IMG/VR virus record: IMGVR_UViG_3300024269_000002
DNA: 64,000 bases
DNA from: a virus
Lineage: Duplodnaviria; Heunggongvirae; Uroviricota; Caudoviricetes
Reading direction: 5' to 3' (one strand)
Shown one piece after another: positions 18,705 to 28,669 of the stretch (positions within the stretch are counted from its first letter, which is position 1; every line of letters starts with the position of its first letter). Made by a program: the position numbers and the translations under genes. The notes under the pieces are model-generated. The model did not search any database. It was not told where the DNA came from and worked only from the letters and a program-made list of their open reading frames with translations.

Positions 18705-19625
18705 GTGACAATTCAAGAATTGAAAGCTCAGATTGAAGCAGGAAATGTTACTCATGATCTTATTATTTTCAAAGACACTGAAGGTAACTTTATTTCCAAT
18801 CAGTACATCCGTGCAATTCAACGATTGAGAAATCAGGAGATTCAGTATCTAGAATCCCCTATGGAGCTCATTCAGGATTCATGGTCAATTTTTGGATCTG
18901 ATGATCTGGCTGTTGATAACACACTTCGTGTTATCAAAACTGATTCATTCATCTGGACCAGCCTCAGGATTATGGACTTGAAGGATGTTATTATTGTTGT
19001 ATCAAAGTTTTCCGATAAAACTATTGAGAAACAGTTTGAGACATGTGTCGTCAATGTTCCGAAAATCGAGGATTGGATGCTGAAGGATTATGTGTATTCA
19101 ACAACTGAAGGTGTAGCTCAGAAAGATCTTGATTGGCTCATGAATCTTTGTGGAAAGAATCGTGATCGTCTTCAGATGGAACTTGATAAGTTAACTTTGT
19201 TCGGTGTTGACGAAAGAAAGTATCTTTTCAACGATCTTATCAGAGATGGAGCTGTTGATGATTTGAGTTCTTACAGCATCTTTAATTTCACGAATGCAAT
19301 CACATCGAAAGACATGAAGATGCTCATGACAATCTACAAAGAGCTTGATCGTGTGGATGTTAATGAGTTTGGTTTGTTGACTATTCTTGTCAAGAACTTC
19401 AAGAATATTCTGATGGTTCAACTTACTTCAAATCCCACTCCGGAGTCAACAGGAATTGATGGAAAACAGTTGTATGCTGTTAAACGGATACCTCGTGTTT
19501 ATTCTCCTGATCAACTTGTTAAGATATACCAGATGCTTCTTGACATTGATCGTCAAGTCAAGACTGGTGAACTACCAACGGATATCTTGATTGATTATAT
19601 CATCATCAAGATTCTTAGCGCATAG
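18705..19625 (+). CDS. holA: Clamp loader delta-like subunit
   Basis: LQMELDKL, IFNFTNAI, DRQVKTG. Confidence 0.75.
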   Translation: MTIQELKAQIEAGNVTHDLIIFKDTEGNFISNQYIRAIQRLRNQEIQYLESPMELIQDSWSIFGSDDLAVDNTLRVIKTDSFIWTSLRIMDLKDVIIVVSKFSDKTIEKQFETCVVNVPKIEDWMLKDYVYSTTEGVAQKDLDWLMNLCGKNRDRLQMELDKLTLFGVDERKYLFNDLIRDGAVDDLSSYSIFNFTNAITSKDMKMLMTIYKELDRVDVNEFGLLTILVKNFKNILMVQLTSNPTPESTGIDGKQLYAVKRIPRVYSPDQLVKIYQMLLDIDRQVKTGELPTDILIDYIIIKILSA

Positions 19626-19632
19626 GAGGCAT

Positions 19633-20679
19633 ATGAAAGTACTTTTCTTTACAGACCCACACTGGTCTCAGTATTCTTCTATACTTAGAAGCCGAGGGGA
19701 ACAATACAGTACTAGATTGGAAAATTTGATCACATCCATCAACTGGATGGAACAAGTTGCTTGGAGTACAGGATGTCAAGCAATTATTTGTGGCGGTGAT
19801 TTCTTTGATTCCGCTGTTCTCAACAGTGAAGAATTGAGCGCATTGAAGAATGTTCAGTGGGCGCCGATATCTCATCTGTTCTTAACTGGAAATCATGAGA
19901 CAAATGTAAGTTCACTAGAATTCAGCACAGCCGATCTTTTTAACCTTTGTCCAAACTCCACTGTTATCAGTAAACCTGAACATTATGATATTGAAGGTGC
20001 AGATATTGAGTTCTGTTTTCTTCCGTATATCCTTGAAAGAGATCGTCAGCCTCTTGATACATATTTTCCACCAAAACACGGCAAACGGATTATTTTCAGT
20101 CATAACGATCTAAAGAATGTTCAGTATGGTGCATTCTTATCAACTGAAGGATTTACGGTTGAAGAAATTGAGGCAAACTGCGACTTATGTATGAATGGAC
20201 ATATTCATCATTGTGCGTATGTTAGTCCGAAAATTATCAACGGTGGTAACCTAACTGGTCAGAATTTCACCGAAGATGCGTACAAGTATGAACACTGTAT
20301 TCAAGTCATTGACACCGATACTCTTCATGTGGATTTCTATATAAATCCTTACGCGTTCAACTTCTACAAGCTTGATTGTAGAAAGTATAGCACTCTTGAT
20401 GATATCATTCCTGTTATTTCAGATTTGAAAGAACAGTCTGTGATTACAGTTACAGTCAAGTCAAGTTTAGCAAGTGACGTAAAAAATTATCTGTCGCATG
20501 TTGTTAAATCTCATGTTGCTGAATATCGAGTTATTACAGAGCATGAATCGACAACAGTTGAATTGAGCACTCCTGTAATTGAAGCAGTGGATCATTTGAA
20601 GCAGTTTGAAAACTATGTTCTTGCCAATATCGGAACAAGCGATGTTGTCAAAGAAGAGCTTCTGAATGTAATGAGGTGA
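19633..20679 (+). CDS. sbcD: SbcD/Mre11-like nuclease
   Basis: TDPH, GGDFFD, GNHE, SH, GHIH; start after AGGAGG; adjacent to SbcC. Confidence 0.85.
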   Translation: MKVLFFTDPHWSQYSSILRSRGEQYSTRLENLITSINWMEQVAWSTGCQAIICGGDFFDSAVLNSEELSALKNVQWAPISHLFLTGNHETNVSSLEFSTADLFNLCPNSTVISKPEHYDIEGADIEFCFLPYILERDRQPLDTYFPPKHGKRIIFSHNDLKNVQYGAFLSTEGFTVEEIEANCDLCMNGHIHHCAYVSPKIINGGNLTGQNFTEDAYKYEHCIQVIDTDTLHVDFYINPYAFNFYKLDCRKYSTLDDIIPVISDLKEQSVITVTVKSSLASDVKNYLSHVVKSHVAEYRVITEHESTTVELSTPVIEAVDHLKQFENYVLANIGTSDVVKEELLNVMR

Positions 20680-20683
20680 ACGA

Positions 20684-22546
20684 ATGCATATTGAATTTCA
20701 GAAAGTTACTTTACATAATTTTATCAGCTTCGGTCACTCTGAATTAACATTTGGTGACGATGGATTTATCAAAGTGTCAGGCATCAATGAAAATGTTGAT
20801 GATCTGGCAACAAGTAATGGTAGTGGAAAGTCAAGCCTCTGGGAAGCCATTGTATGGGCTCTAACTGGTGATACTATTCGAGGAACAAAACAAGTAAGCA
20901 ACATCTACGGTGACGATGGTACGTATGTTGATCTTGAGTTCAACATAGATTCTGTTAACTACATTGTAACTAGATCAAAGGATCATAAAGTTTACAAGAC
21001 AGGCTTGAAAATTATCGTTGATGGTAAAGATTGTAGTGGTAAAGGTATTCGTGATTCTGAAAAACTTCTTGCACAGTATCTGCCTGATATAACAGCTTCG
21101 CTGCTCGGATCTGTTATCATTCTTGGTCAAGGACTTCCACAAAAGTTCACAAACAATAGTCCTTCTGGACGAAAAGAAGTTCTTGAGAGATTATCTAAGT
21201 CAGACTTCATGATTGAAGATCTTAAAACAAGAGTTGCCAGAAGAAAAGATGAGTTATCTAAGTTGATTAGATCTCATAAAGATGCTATCATTGCAGCTGA
21301 AAGTAAGGTTGGAATTCTTCAAGGTCAGATTGAAAAGAGCAAGGCTGCTCTGAGTGCACTTGATAAAGATAAACTTGAAACAACTGTTGCATACTATTCC
21401 ACAGAAGTGGAACGGTTGCAGATGGTTTTAGATGCAGACAGAACATATCTTGAAAAGATTGACGCTGACCTAGCTGATCAGAACGAGCATCTAGTTAAGT
21501 TGAATAGATATCATGCAGATAATGTTTCTGCTGTTAATCAAGAATTTGATTCTTCTATTGAATCACTGACATCTAAGTTATATGAGTTGAGAAGTTTGAT
21601 TTCTTCTTATAAAGCAGAGATAACAAAGATGGAAAGTATTCGAGATGTTTGTCCAACTTGCGGTCAAAAACTTCCTGATGTTGTGAAGCCTGATACTACA
21701 GGATTAAAACAACAGTTAGAACAAGCTGAGGTTGATTACAGAAAAGTTGAGTCTGAGTTGAATCAACTTAAGACAAGTAGAAAGGAAAAACTTGATTCTG
21801 TAGAGAGTGACTACAGACGTAGTTCAGATGTTCTTCTCCGACAAAATAATGAGTTGACCACAGCAAAGTCTAACCGACAAGCTCAGATAAGATCTATAGA
21901 GCAGGACCGTTTATGTGCTGTATCGAAGCTTGATGATGCCAGAGCACAGCTACAGCAGCTTGAATATACAATCAACTCTCTTTCGTTGAATATTCACGAA
22001 AATGAGGGTCAGATTGAGGAGCTAAATCGTGAACTATTGTATAACAATACACAGAAGGATTTACAACAATCTCATCTTGATGTTGTTAACAAGTTCGATA
22101 CAGCTTTGAAAAGAGATTTCCGAGGGTATCTCCTGTCTACTGTTATCGAGTATATTGCAAGTAGAGCAAGAGAATATTCCAAAGTCATCTTCGAAACTGA
22201 TAAGATTGATTTCAAACTTGACGGTAACAACATTGAGATTGCTTACATGAACAAGTCCTATGAAAACTTGTCAGGCGGTGAAAAACAGAAGATTGATCTT
22301 ATCATTCAATTCTCCATCAGGGATATGCTCTGCAACCACTTAGGGTTTACAAGTAATATTCTTGTACTTGATGAGGTGTTTGATGCTCTAGATATGATCG
22401 GTTGTCAGAAGGTGCTAGATGTTATATCTTCTTTGAGTGATATAAAGAACATCTTCATTGTTACGCATAGAAAAGATCTTTCTATTCCTTGTGATAGAGA
22501 GCTGATTGTTGTTAAGTCTTCAGCCGGAATAAGTGAGCTAAGATGA
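20684..22546 (+). CDS. sbcC: SbcC/Rad50-like ATPase
   Basis: NGSGKSS, CPTCGQ zinc hook, LSGGEKQ, LDEVFD. Confidence 0.92.
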   Translation: MHIEFQKVTLHNFISFGHSELTFGDDGFIKVSGINENVDDLATSNGSGKSSLWEAIVWALTGDTIRGTKQVSNIYGDDGTYVDLEFNIDSVNYIVTRSKDHKVYKTGLKIIVDGKDCSGKGIRDSEKLLAQYLPDITASLLGSVIILGQGLPQKFTNNSPSGRKEVLERLSKSDFMIEDLKTRVARRKDELSKLIRSHKDAIIAAESKVGILQGQIEKSKAALSALDKDKLETTVAYYSTEVERLQMVLDADRTYLEKIDADLADQNEHLVKLNRYHADNVSAVNQEFDSSIESLTSKLYELRSLISSYKAEITKMESIRDVCPTCGQKLPDVVKPDTTGLKQQLEQAEVDYRKVESELNQLKTSRKEKLDSVESDYRRSSDVLLRQNNELTTAKSNRQAQIRSIEQDRLCAVSKLDDARAQLQQLEYTINSLSLNIHENEGQIEELNRELLYNNTQKDLQQSHLDVVNKFDTALKRDFRGYLLSTVIEYIASRAREYSKVIFETDKIDFKLDGNNIEIAYMNKSYENLSGGEKQKIDLIIQFSIRDMLCNHLGFTSNILVLDEVFDALDMIGCQKVLDVISSLSDIKNIFIVTHRKDLSIPCDRELIVVKSSAGISELR

Positions 22547-22547
22547 A

Positions 22548-23372
22548 ATGACGTATACAAAACCTCTTGATGTTACATATACTCAGATGGCTATCTGGAT
22601 AGATGAGCATGTTTACACGAAAGATATAGATGAAGCTCTACTTTATGAGTATCTCTATCATCTTTCCAACATGCTCGCAGGGCAGTATTCATATTTTTCG
22701 ACTGCATTGGAATATGATCATTTTGCCCTTTATAGTGCATCAAGATTGTTTCAACGGTTGTATAATCCGAAACAGTTTGAACTGGACGAGAACAAGCAAC
22801 CAAGAATGAAACAGATAAAAAGTATCTTGAATTATATCAAGAAAGTTATCTATCCGTATAAAGTTGACTTTGAGATGGAATTCAAGATTGAAGATAAAAA
22901 CATGGATGTCATACAAGTTGGTTCTTTTGACCTCGGATCACACATGATCGAATCAGCCAGCTTGTTTGACAGACTTGAATTTTCTATCTCTATTGATTCT
23001 ATAGCATCAATAGTTCAGAGTCACTTGCGAAAAATTCCAAGACGTAAGAATAGTTCAGAGTGGACCAACATATATCTGAGCTGCATGTTGACACTTCTTG
23101 ATTCTATAACTTTGACAAGAACAATGCAGTCTAAATATGACTCACTCAAGCTTAAAAAAGAAGAGTATCTTGATAGTGTCTATGAAGAGCTTCGATATCA
23201 AGAACCAATATTGTATCATCTCCCTGACACTATGTCAAATTACATTAGAATTCTTGTAAATGAGTTACGACATGTACTAGCTTCGGAGCTAAGTTGGAAA
23301 AGTGACTGTTACATTCCTGCTGATGCTTCAATGAAGAGTCTTATCTGTACATCTCTAGAACTGGAGGGCTAG
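22548..23372 (+). CDS. Hypothetical helical protein
   Basis: 274-aa ORF in operon; no recognised motif. Confidence 0.6.
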   Translation: MTYTKPLDVTYTQMAIWIDEHVYTKDIDEALLYEYLYHLSNMLAGQYSYFSTALEYDHFALYSASRLFQRLYNPKQFELDENKQPRMKQIKSILNYIKKVIYPYKVDFEMEFKIEDKNMDVIQVGSFDLGSHMIESASLFDRLEFSISIDSIASIVQSHLRKIPRRKNSSEWTNIYLSCMLTLLDSITLTRTMQSKYDSLKLKKEEYLDSVYEELRYQEPILYHLPDTMSNYIRILVNELRHVLASELSWKSDCYIPADASMKSLICTSLELEG

Positions 23373-23374
23373 TA

Positions 23375-23761
23375 ATGACGATAAAAGAAGAATTACAAAA
23401 ATTACATGAGCCAGACATCTGGAGCCTATTATTATTTGTTCTGTTCAAGATAAAGGATGTTCCTGAGTATTCAGGAATTAGTGAACTGGCTTATATTCTT
23501 GACAGGAAGAATCTTTTGAAACTATGTGAATACTTTGGAGGAACAACAATAACAATCCCAACAATTGAAGAGCTTGAAATATTAGTTTATGGATTGTTGT
23601 TGTATCAGTACATCAACATTGAAGGAATTCCGGAAGAAGATGCACTTGTAATGATTTCTCGAGAAGGATTAAGTCACAAAGCTGTAAAAAGTTCCTACTT
23701 GAAGATAAAGGAAACTTTGCAGAATTATGATTTAAGTGTGAGGTCTCGTAATGATCTCTAA
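23375..23761 (+). CDS. Mor/C-like transcription activator candidate
   Basis: LLKLCEYFGGTTITIP resembles the Mor-family FGG..IYIP signature. Confidence 0.5.
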   Translation: MTIKEELQKLHEPDIWSLLLFVLFKIKDVPEYSGISELAYILDRKNLLKLCEYFGGTTITIPTIEELEILVYGLLLYQYINIEGIPEEDALVMISREGLSHKAVKSSYLKIKETLQNYDLSVRSRNDL

Positions 23762-23954
23762 CTTTTGTAGGATGGCTCTGAAAGAGCTTTCTCAACATAA
23801 AAACACAGATAGAGAGGATCTACTGTTACAACATATCAATGCTCGCCTAACAAAGTCATTTGATACATATCAGAAAGAAATTGATACAAGTATCGAGTAT
23901 CTTAAGCGAAGAAATGAATTGAGTGTTGTTCGTAAGATGAACAGATTGAAATGA
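23751..23954 (+). CDS. Hypothetical protein
   Basis: Overlapping coupled ORF with GAGG RBS. Confidence 0.5.
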   Translation: MISNFCRMALKELSQHKNTDREDLLLQHINARLTKSFDTYQKEIDTSIEYLKRRNELSVVRKMNRLK

Positions 23955-24277
23955 ATAAACTTATCGAAGACCTTTCTACAATAACAACAATTTCTCAAGG
24001 AACACTATCAAGTTTGAATGATAAAGCAATTTCTTGCATCTGTCATTCAGTATTTGAGAGTGTTCAAGAAAAAGAATCTTTAACAAAGATGGATATAGGT
24101 ATCGGCATCCTGTATATTAAATGTGAGGGATCCGATATTAAATATAAATTTATCCCCTCAAAAAAGCTGGAGGAATCGGTGGCTTCTACTATTATTTCAA
24201 AGAAAAGTCCTCTTGTTTGTCAAGTTGAAACTTCATTGAAAGAACGAGTTGAAACCACTTATAAGAATCTACTATGA
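23951..24277 (+). CDS. Hypothetical protein
   Basis: ATGA-coupled ORF. Confidence 0.6.
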   Translation: MNKLIEDLSTITTISQGTLSSLNDKAISCICHSVFESVQEKESLTKMDIGIGILYIKCEGSDIKYKFIPSKKLEESVASTIISKKSPLVCQVETSLKERVETTYKNLL

Positions 24278-24807
24278 CAGATGAAAAGAATACAACAACA
24301 GCATTAGTTGATACTTCTTCTATTGATCAAGAAACAAATAGTCTGGCTATGCAGATTCTTGAAGAGAAGGATCCAGATAAAGCAAAGCAATTGATTGCAA
24401 TGTTTAACTGGAACTTATCAAAGAAGAATACATCAAGAATTCTCAAGTTGAATGGCTTGTACGATGACGTTACAGAGCAGATGGTAACACGATTTAGAAC
24501 TCGTTCTGATCAATTTACAAATTCTGACTTGTTAGATTACATGAAAGCTGTTCAAGGAGCAATTGACACTTCAACAAAGAATCTTGTACAAATGGAAGAA
24601 CCTCCCACAATTGTTCAGCAACATAACACGCAGATCAATGTTAATGTGGTAGACTCCTTTGATCGAGATGCGAAAGCTAGAATATTAGCCGCCGTACAAG
24701 CAACTTTACAACAAGCTCAGAAAGCACCACCTGTTCAGGATACTCCTGTTGAAGTAGTCGCAGAAGCTGCAATTGACGAATTACAGTCAGTTGTGGAAGA
24801 AACATAA
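24274..24807 (+). CDS. Hypothetical protein
   Basis: ATGA-coupled ORF. Confidence 0.6.
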   Translation: MTDEKNTTTALVDTSSIDQETNSLAMQILEEKDPDKAKQLIAMFNWNLSKKNTSRILKLNGLYDDVTEQMVTRFRTRSDQFTNSDLLDYMKAVQGAIDTSTKNLVQMEEPPTIVQQHNTQINVNVVDSFDRDAKARILAAVQATLQQAQKAPPVQDTPVEVVAEAAIDELQSVVEET

Positions 24808-24822
24808 GGAGAACATAAACAG

Positions 24823-26121
24823 ATGGTTGTAGTTTACGATAGCGACTTGCAAAGAAAGCAAGGAGAAACAGACGCAGAATACACACAAAGAATTTGTGCG
24901 ACAAAGCATATCAACAAGATGTCTTGGGAAGCAGTTGCACAGTTCTTGAACAAGGAACTTGGATTGACTAGAGGTGAATCCTGGTATAGAAAGAACTATC
25001 AATCTGGAGCATTTGCTAAGGTTGCAGTTCAGGAAATCAGCACATCCACGGAAACAGCAACTACTGACGAGTGCGATGGTAACTGTAGAGATTGTGATAA
25101 GTTAACTGAATGTTTAACTGTAATCAAAGCCGATCTTGAAGAGCAAGAAGCAAGAGTTGATGATAAAACAAACAAGTTGAAGTTACTTAGATCGAATCTT
25201 GCAGACGAACGAGCACACAATGTCAGGATGATCAGAAGACTTGCAAGAGAAGAAAATATCAAAGATATTGCTCACGATTTTGCAGTTCAGATGTCAAAAA
25301 ATGCTCGTATGCCACTCATGGTTAGATACCCCTGGGCCAACGCTGATGATTGTGTTAAAGAGGGCGTCTTACTGTTAAGTGACTGGCATTATGGTATGGA
25401 GTGTGACAATCCTTGGAACAAATTTAACCCTGACATCTGTAGAGAACGAGTTGATAAACTTCTTAATAGAACTGTTCAGATTGTTAAGGAGCAGAAGTTG
25501 TCCACTGTCACTGTTTTGAATCTTTCCGATCTCATTGCAGGTAGAATTCATTCGCAGATTCGTTTCGAGAGTAGATTTGATGTTGTTACGCAAGTAATGG
25601 AAGTTGCTGAAATTCTTGCAGATTTTCTAAATAAACTTTCTGCGGCTTGTAATGTAAACTACTACGACTGCTTAGACAATCATAGTCGTTTGGAGCCTAA
25701 CAAGAAAGAGTCTATGGACCTAGAATCTTTTGTTAGAATTATTCCTTGGTACATGAAGCAACGTCTGGCTGGTAAGCCATGTATAAAAATTTGTGACAAT
25801 GAGTTTGGAGCCGATATTATTACATGTAACGTGCTCGGTCACAATATCATCGGTGTGCACGGTGACAATGATAAGCCTACAAATGCACTTGATCGATTGA
25901 GCCTCATGACTCACAGACATTATGATATGTTGTGTACTGCACACTTACATCATTTTAGTGCTGATGAGCAACATCAATCAGTTGTTGTTTCTAACAGCTC
26001 CTTGATGGGTGTTGATAGATTTGCAGAAAAGTTGAGACTTACAAGCGATCCGTCACAGACACTTATCATTGCAACTAGAGAAAATGTATGTGAGTGCATT
26101 TATCGAATTGTACTTAAGTAA
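24823..26121 (+). CDS. Calcineurin-like metallophosphoesterase with N-terminal HTH/coiled coil
   Basis: SDWHYG, SDLIAG.IH, DNH, VHGD, AHLHH. Confidence 0.8.
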   Translation: MVVVYDSDLQRKQGETDAEYTQRICATKHINKMSWEAVAQFLNKELGLTRGESWYRKNYQSGAFAKVAVQEISTSTETATTDECDGNCRDCDKLTECLTVIKADLEEQEARVDDKTNKLKLLRSNLADERAHNVRMIRRLAREENIKDIAHDFAVQMSKNARMPLMVRYPWANADDCVKEGVLLLSDWHYGMECDNPWNKFNPDICRERVDKLLNRTVQIVKEQKLSTVTVLNLSDLIAGRIHSQIRFESRFDVVTQVMEVAEILADFLNKLSAACNVNYYDCLDNHSRLEPNKKESMDLESFVRIIPWYMKQRLAGKPCIKICDNEFGADIITCNVLGHNIIGVHGDNDKPTNALDRLSLMTHRHYDMLCTAHLHHFSADEQHQSVVVSNSSLMGVDRFAEKLRLTSDPSQTLIIATRENVCECIYRIVLK

Positions 26122-26197
26122 CTTATCTTGCATTAGCAAGTAAGAAATAAACTTTTTTAAGTCCACTGTCCGTCGAGTCAGTGGTAAGGAGAAACAG

Positions 26198-26656
26198 ATG
26201 AAATTTTATAGTGAAGTAACAAAACAGCTGTATGACAGTCAGGAACAGCTTGTGGAAGCAGAGCGTGCATTCAGTAGTCAGAATGTGAACAAGCGCATGG
26301 CAAAATCTGATAAGCTTCTGAAAAATGAGGAAATGAAGATTCCTTCTAAGAAGCAGCTTGCGGCAGAAGTTGAGGCTGCAGAGACAAAGGTTAGTGAAGC
26401 AAAGGCTAACATGGAATTAGCTAAGCAGAAAGCTCAAGAGGTCTCCAAGAGATACTTGGAGGAGATTGATGCTATCATGGAGCCCGCTAAGCAGCAACTA
26501 AAGGACGCTCAGAAGGCACGTTATGACGCAATTCAGCGTTTCAATGAAACTTATGGCGCATATACTACAACTTATACTGGAGCAAGAGCTGCGGATGAGT
26601 TTGCACATGCGGTTGCAGATATGGCTACTTTCTTCCCTGGTTTGTTCAGATTCTAA
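26198..26656 (+). CDS. Coiled-coil hypothetical protein
   Basis: TAAGGAG RBS; heptad-rich. Confidence 0.65.
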   Translation: MKFYSEVTKQLYDSQEQLVEAERAFSSQNVNKRMAKSDKLLKNEEMKIPSKKQLAAEVEAAETKVSEAKANMELAKQKAQEVSKRYLEEIDAIMEPAKQQLKDAQKARYDAIQRFNETYGAYTTTYTGARAADEFAHAVADMATFFPGLFRF

Positions 26657-26701
26657 TATGTTCAATCAATAGATAACTAAAGGATGTGTGAAATATGAAT
26701 G

Positions 26702-26765
26702 ATAAGACTCGAGAACAACATGATTTATTTCTGTTTGTAAACTCGAGTCTTATTTGTTTGTTTTG
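26702..26765 (+). terminator. Long-loop hairpin / terminator
   Basis: ATAAGACTCGAG...CTCGAGTCTTAT 12-bp inverted repeat followed by TTGTTTGTTTT. Confidence 0.55.
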
Positions 26766-26774
26766 AGGAGAATT

Positions 26775-27332
26775 ATGGTTGCACTAGATCACATGAAAAC
26801 AATTCTAACTCACAAGAAGTGGGTGTTTTACTTTGCTCGTAAACTTGGCATAGGTTGGCAAGGTTTTTGGCACGATATGTCAAAGTTTAGTCCTACAGAA
26901 TTTCTAGAAAGTATCAAGTACTATACTGGAACTAGTAGCCCCATTGATGCTTGTAAGAAAGCTAATGGATACAGCATGGCTTGGTTACATCATAAAGGCA
27001 GAAATGCACATCATTATGAATATTGGCAGGATAACTTTGATAAGGGTGGCGAGCCGCTGAAGATGCCTGACAAGTATGTTCGTGAAATGATTTGTGACTA
27101 CCTTGCAGCCGGACGAGCTTATATGGGCAAGGATTTTCATTTCGCATCAGAATGGCAATGGTGGCTGAATAAAAACAAGAATAATATTGCAATGCATCCA
27201 GAAAACTGGAAGGTTGTTAATGAAGTTCTTGAGTCTCTGAATAACACCTTTGGAACAAAGCGCATTGAGGAATTAACATATCATAACTGGCTTCATTTCA
27301 AGCACATTGTAGATAAAGCTCTGTCAAACTAA
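26775..27332 (+). CDS. DUF5662-family HD-fold protein
   Basis: HDMSKFSPTEF, AWLHHKGRNAHHYEYW, EMICD. Confidence 0.8.
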   Translation: MVALDHMKTILTHKKWVFYFARKLGIGWQGFWHDMSKFSPTEFLESIKYYTGTSSPIDACKKANGYSMAWLHHKGRNAHHYEYWQDNFDKGGEPLKMPDKYVREMICDYLAAGRAYMGKDFHFASEWQWWLNKNKNNIAMHPENWKVVNEVLESLNNTFGTKRIEELTYHNWLHFKHIVDKALSN

Positions 27333-27380
27333 GGCCAGAATTGTATATCATATTGTAACTAATTGAGGAGATAAACTTTT

Positions 27381-27713
27381 ATGTCAGTAAAAGCAGTTAA
27401 GAAGTACTATGATCAGATTTGTGATCAGTATCATGAAATGCTCCAAGATATTCATGATCTTGAAGTTGAAGCATCTCAAGGAATGGTTGAGCCGGAACGA
27501 ATTGAAAGACTGAAGGAACAGATTGCTCCAATCAAGCAAAATTATGAACGTTGGTCTTACATGATGTTCCTGTTGAATCAGCCTGAGCGAAAGTCAAAAC
27601 AACCTAGATATAAAGATCAGAACAGGAAGTTTTTACAAAGCTTGAACAAGGGTAATAGTCTTGAGGCTGTTATTGAAGAAAATGCTACAGCTCTAAAACA
27701 TGTTGGAGAGTAA
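27381..27713 (+). CDS. Hypothetical protein
   Basis: GAGGAG RBS. Confidence 0.6.
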   Translation: MSVKAVKKYYDQICDQYHEMLQDIHDLEVEASQGMVEPERIERLKEQIAPIKQNYERWSYMMFLLNQPERKSKQPRYKDQNRKFLQSLNKGNSLEAVIEENATALKHVGE

Positions 27714-27715
27714 TC

Positions 27716-27979
27716 ATGGAAGAACTTTTGAAGAAAATCGGTATCACTGCAAAAGGTGAATATACCAAAGATGGTGCATATGTAATTGATATCAGAGATT
27801 ACAATGAGTACGGAAAATACTTCAGTTTACTTGAAAAGAGTGAACTTGAAGAGGTACAAGATACAAGTCAGATTACATTGCACACAACTAATGTTACATA
27901 TGCCTCAGAAGATTATCAGTTCTGTTTACAAGCAGATCTGGATGAGGATTTGTATAAACTTGTAGTAACTCAGTTTTGA
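27716..27979 (+). CDS. Hypothetical acidic protein
   Basis: GGAG RBS. Confidence 0.6.
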   Translation: MEELLKKIGITAKGEYTKDGAYVIDIRDYNEYGKYFSLLEKSELEEVQDTSQITLHTTNVTYASEDYQFCLQADLDEDLYKLVVTQF

Positions 27980-27994
27980 TGTAGGAGAAGAATA

Positions 27995-28651
27995 ATGGAT
28001 AAACATGTAAAGAATATTATCACCGACGAAGCAGCTCTTAGCGAGTGGAGTGTTGAAATTGACACACGTAAGGAGGGTAAGCTCCTTCAGGAAATCATCC
28101 TTGCTTTGAAGGCAACTATGAAAGCTAATGATCTGATTTCCCTTACAGCTCCTCAGATTGGTTATAATCGTCGTGTTATGTGTATGAGATTCGGCAAGAA
28201 TGATTATAGAACATTTATCAATCCTCTTGTTGAAAATAACACGAATTTTCAGTTTGCAAGAGAAACTTGTTCTAGTATTCCAGGTAAAACTTTTGTTATG
28301 CCCAGATTTAACAACGTGAAGCTGTTCTTTACCACCCCTCTCGGTAAAGTAGAGTCTACCAAGTTGTCTGGAATGTCTGCATGGAAGTTTCAGCACTGTT
28401 TAGATCATTTGAATGGTATGTTGTCTTCAGACATTGGTCTTGAAATTGATGATATGTTTGATAATGCAACTGATGAGGAAAGAGCTGAAGTTCTTAAAAT
28501 GTATGCAGAATCTCTGGATGTTCGCCAGAAAGATCTAGAGGCAGAAATTGCTGAGGATAAGAATCTTTCTGATATCAACAATGCTGCTAAGTTTATTGCT
28601 AGTGTCAAGTCAGGTGAAACTATTCTCGATAACTCAGAGTTGAAATCATGA
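27995..28651 (+). CDS. Peptide deformylase homologue with degenerate active site
   Basis: LTAPQIG, FINP, ETCSSIPG, FQHCLDHLNG (HEXXH changed to HCXXH). Confidence 0.8.
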   Translation: MDKHVKNIITDEAALSEWSVEIDTRKEGKLLQEIILALKATMKANDLISLTAPQIGYNRRVMCMRFGKNDYRTFINPLVENNTNFQFARETCSSIPGKTFVMPRFNNVKLFFTTPLGKVESTKLSGMSAWKFQHCLDHLNGMLSSDIGLEIDDMFDNATDEERAEVLKMYAESLDVRQKDLEAEIAEDKNLSDINNAAKFIASVKSGETILDNSELKS

Positions 28652-28669
28652 TTTTCACGAGGTCTAGTT

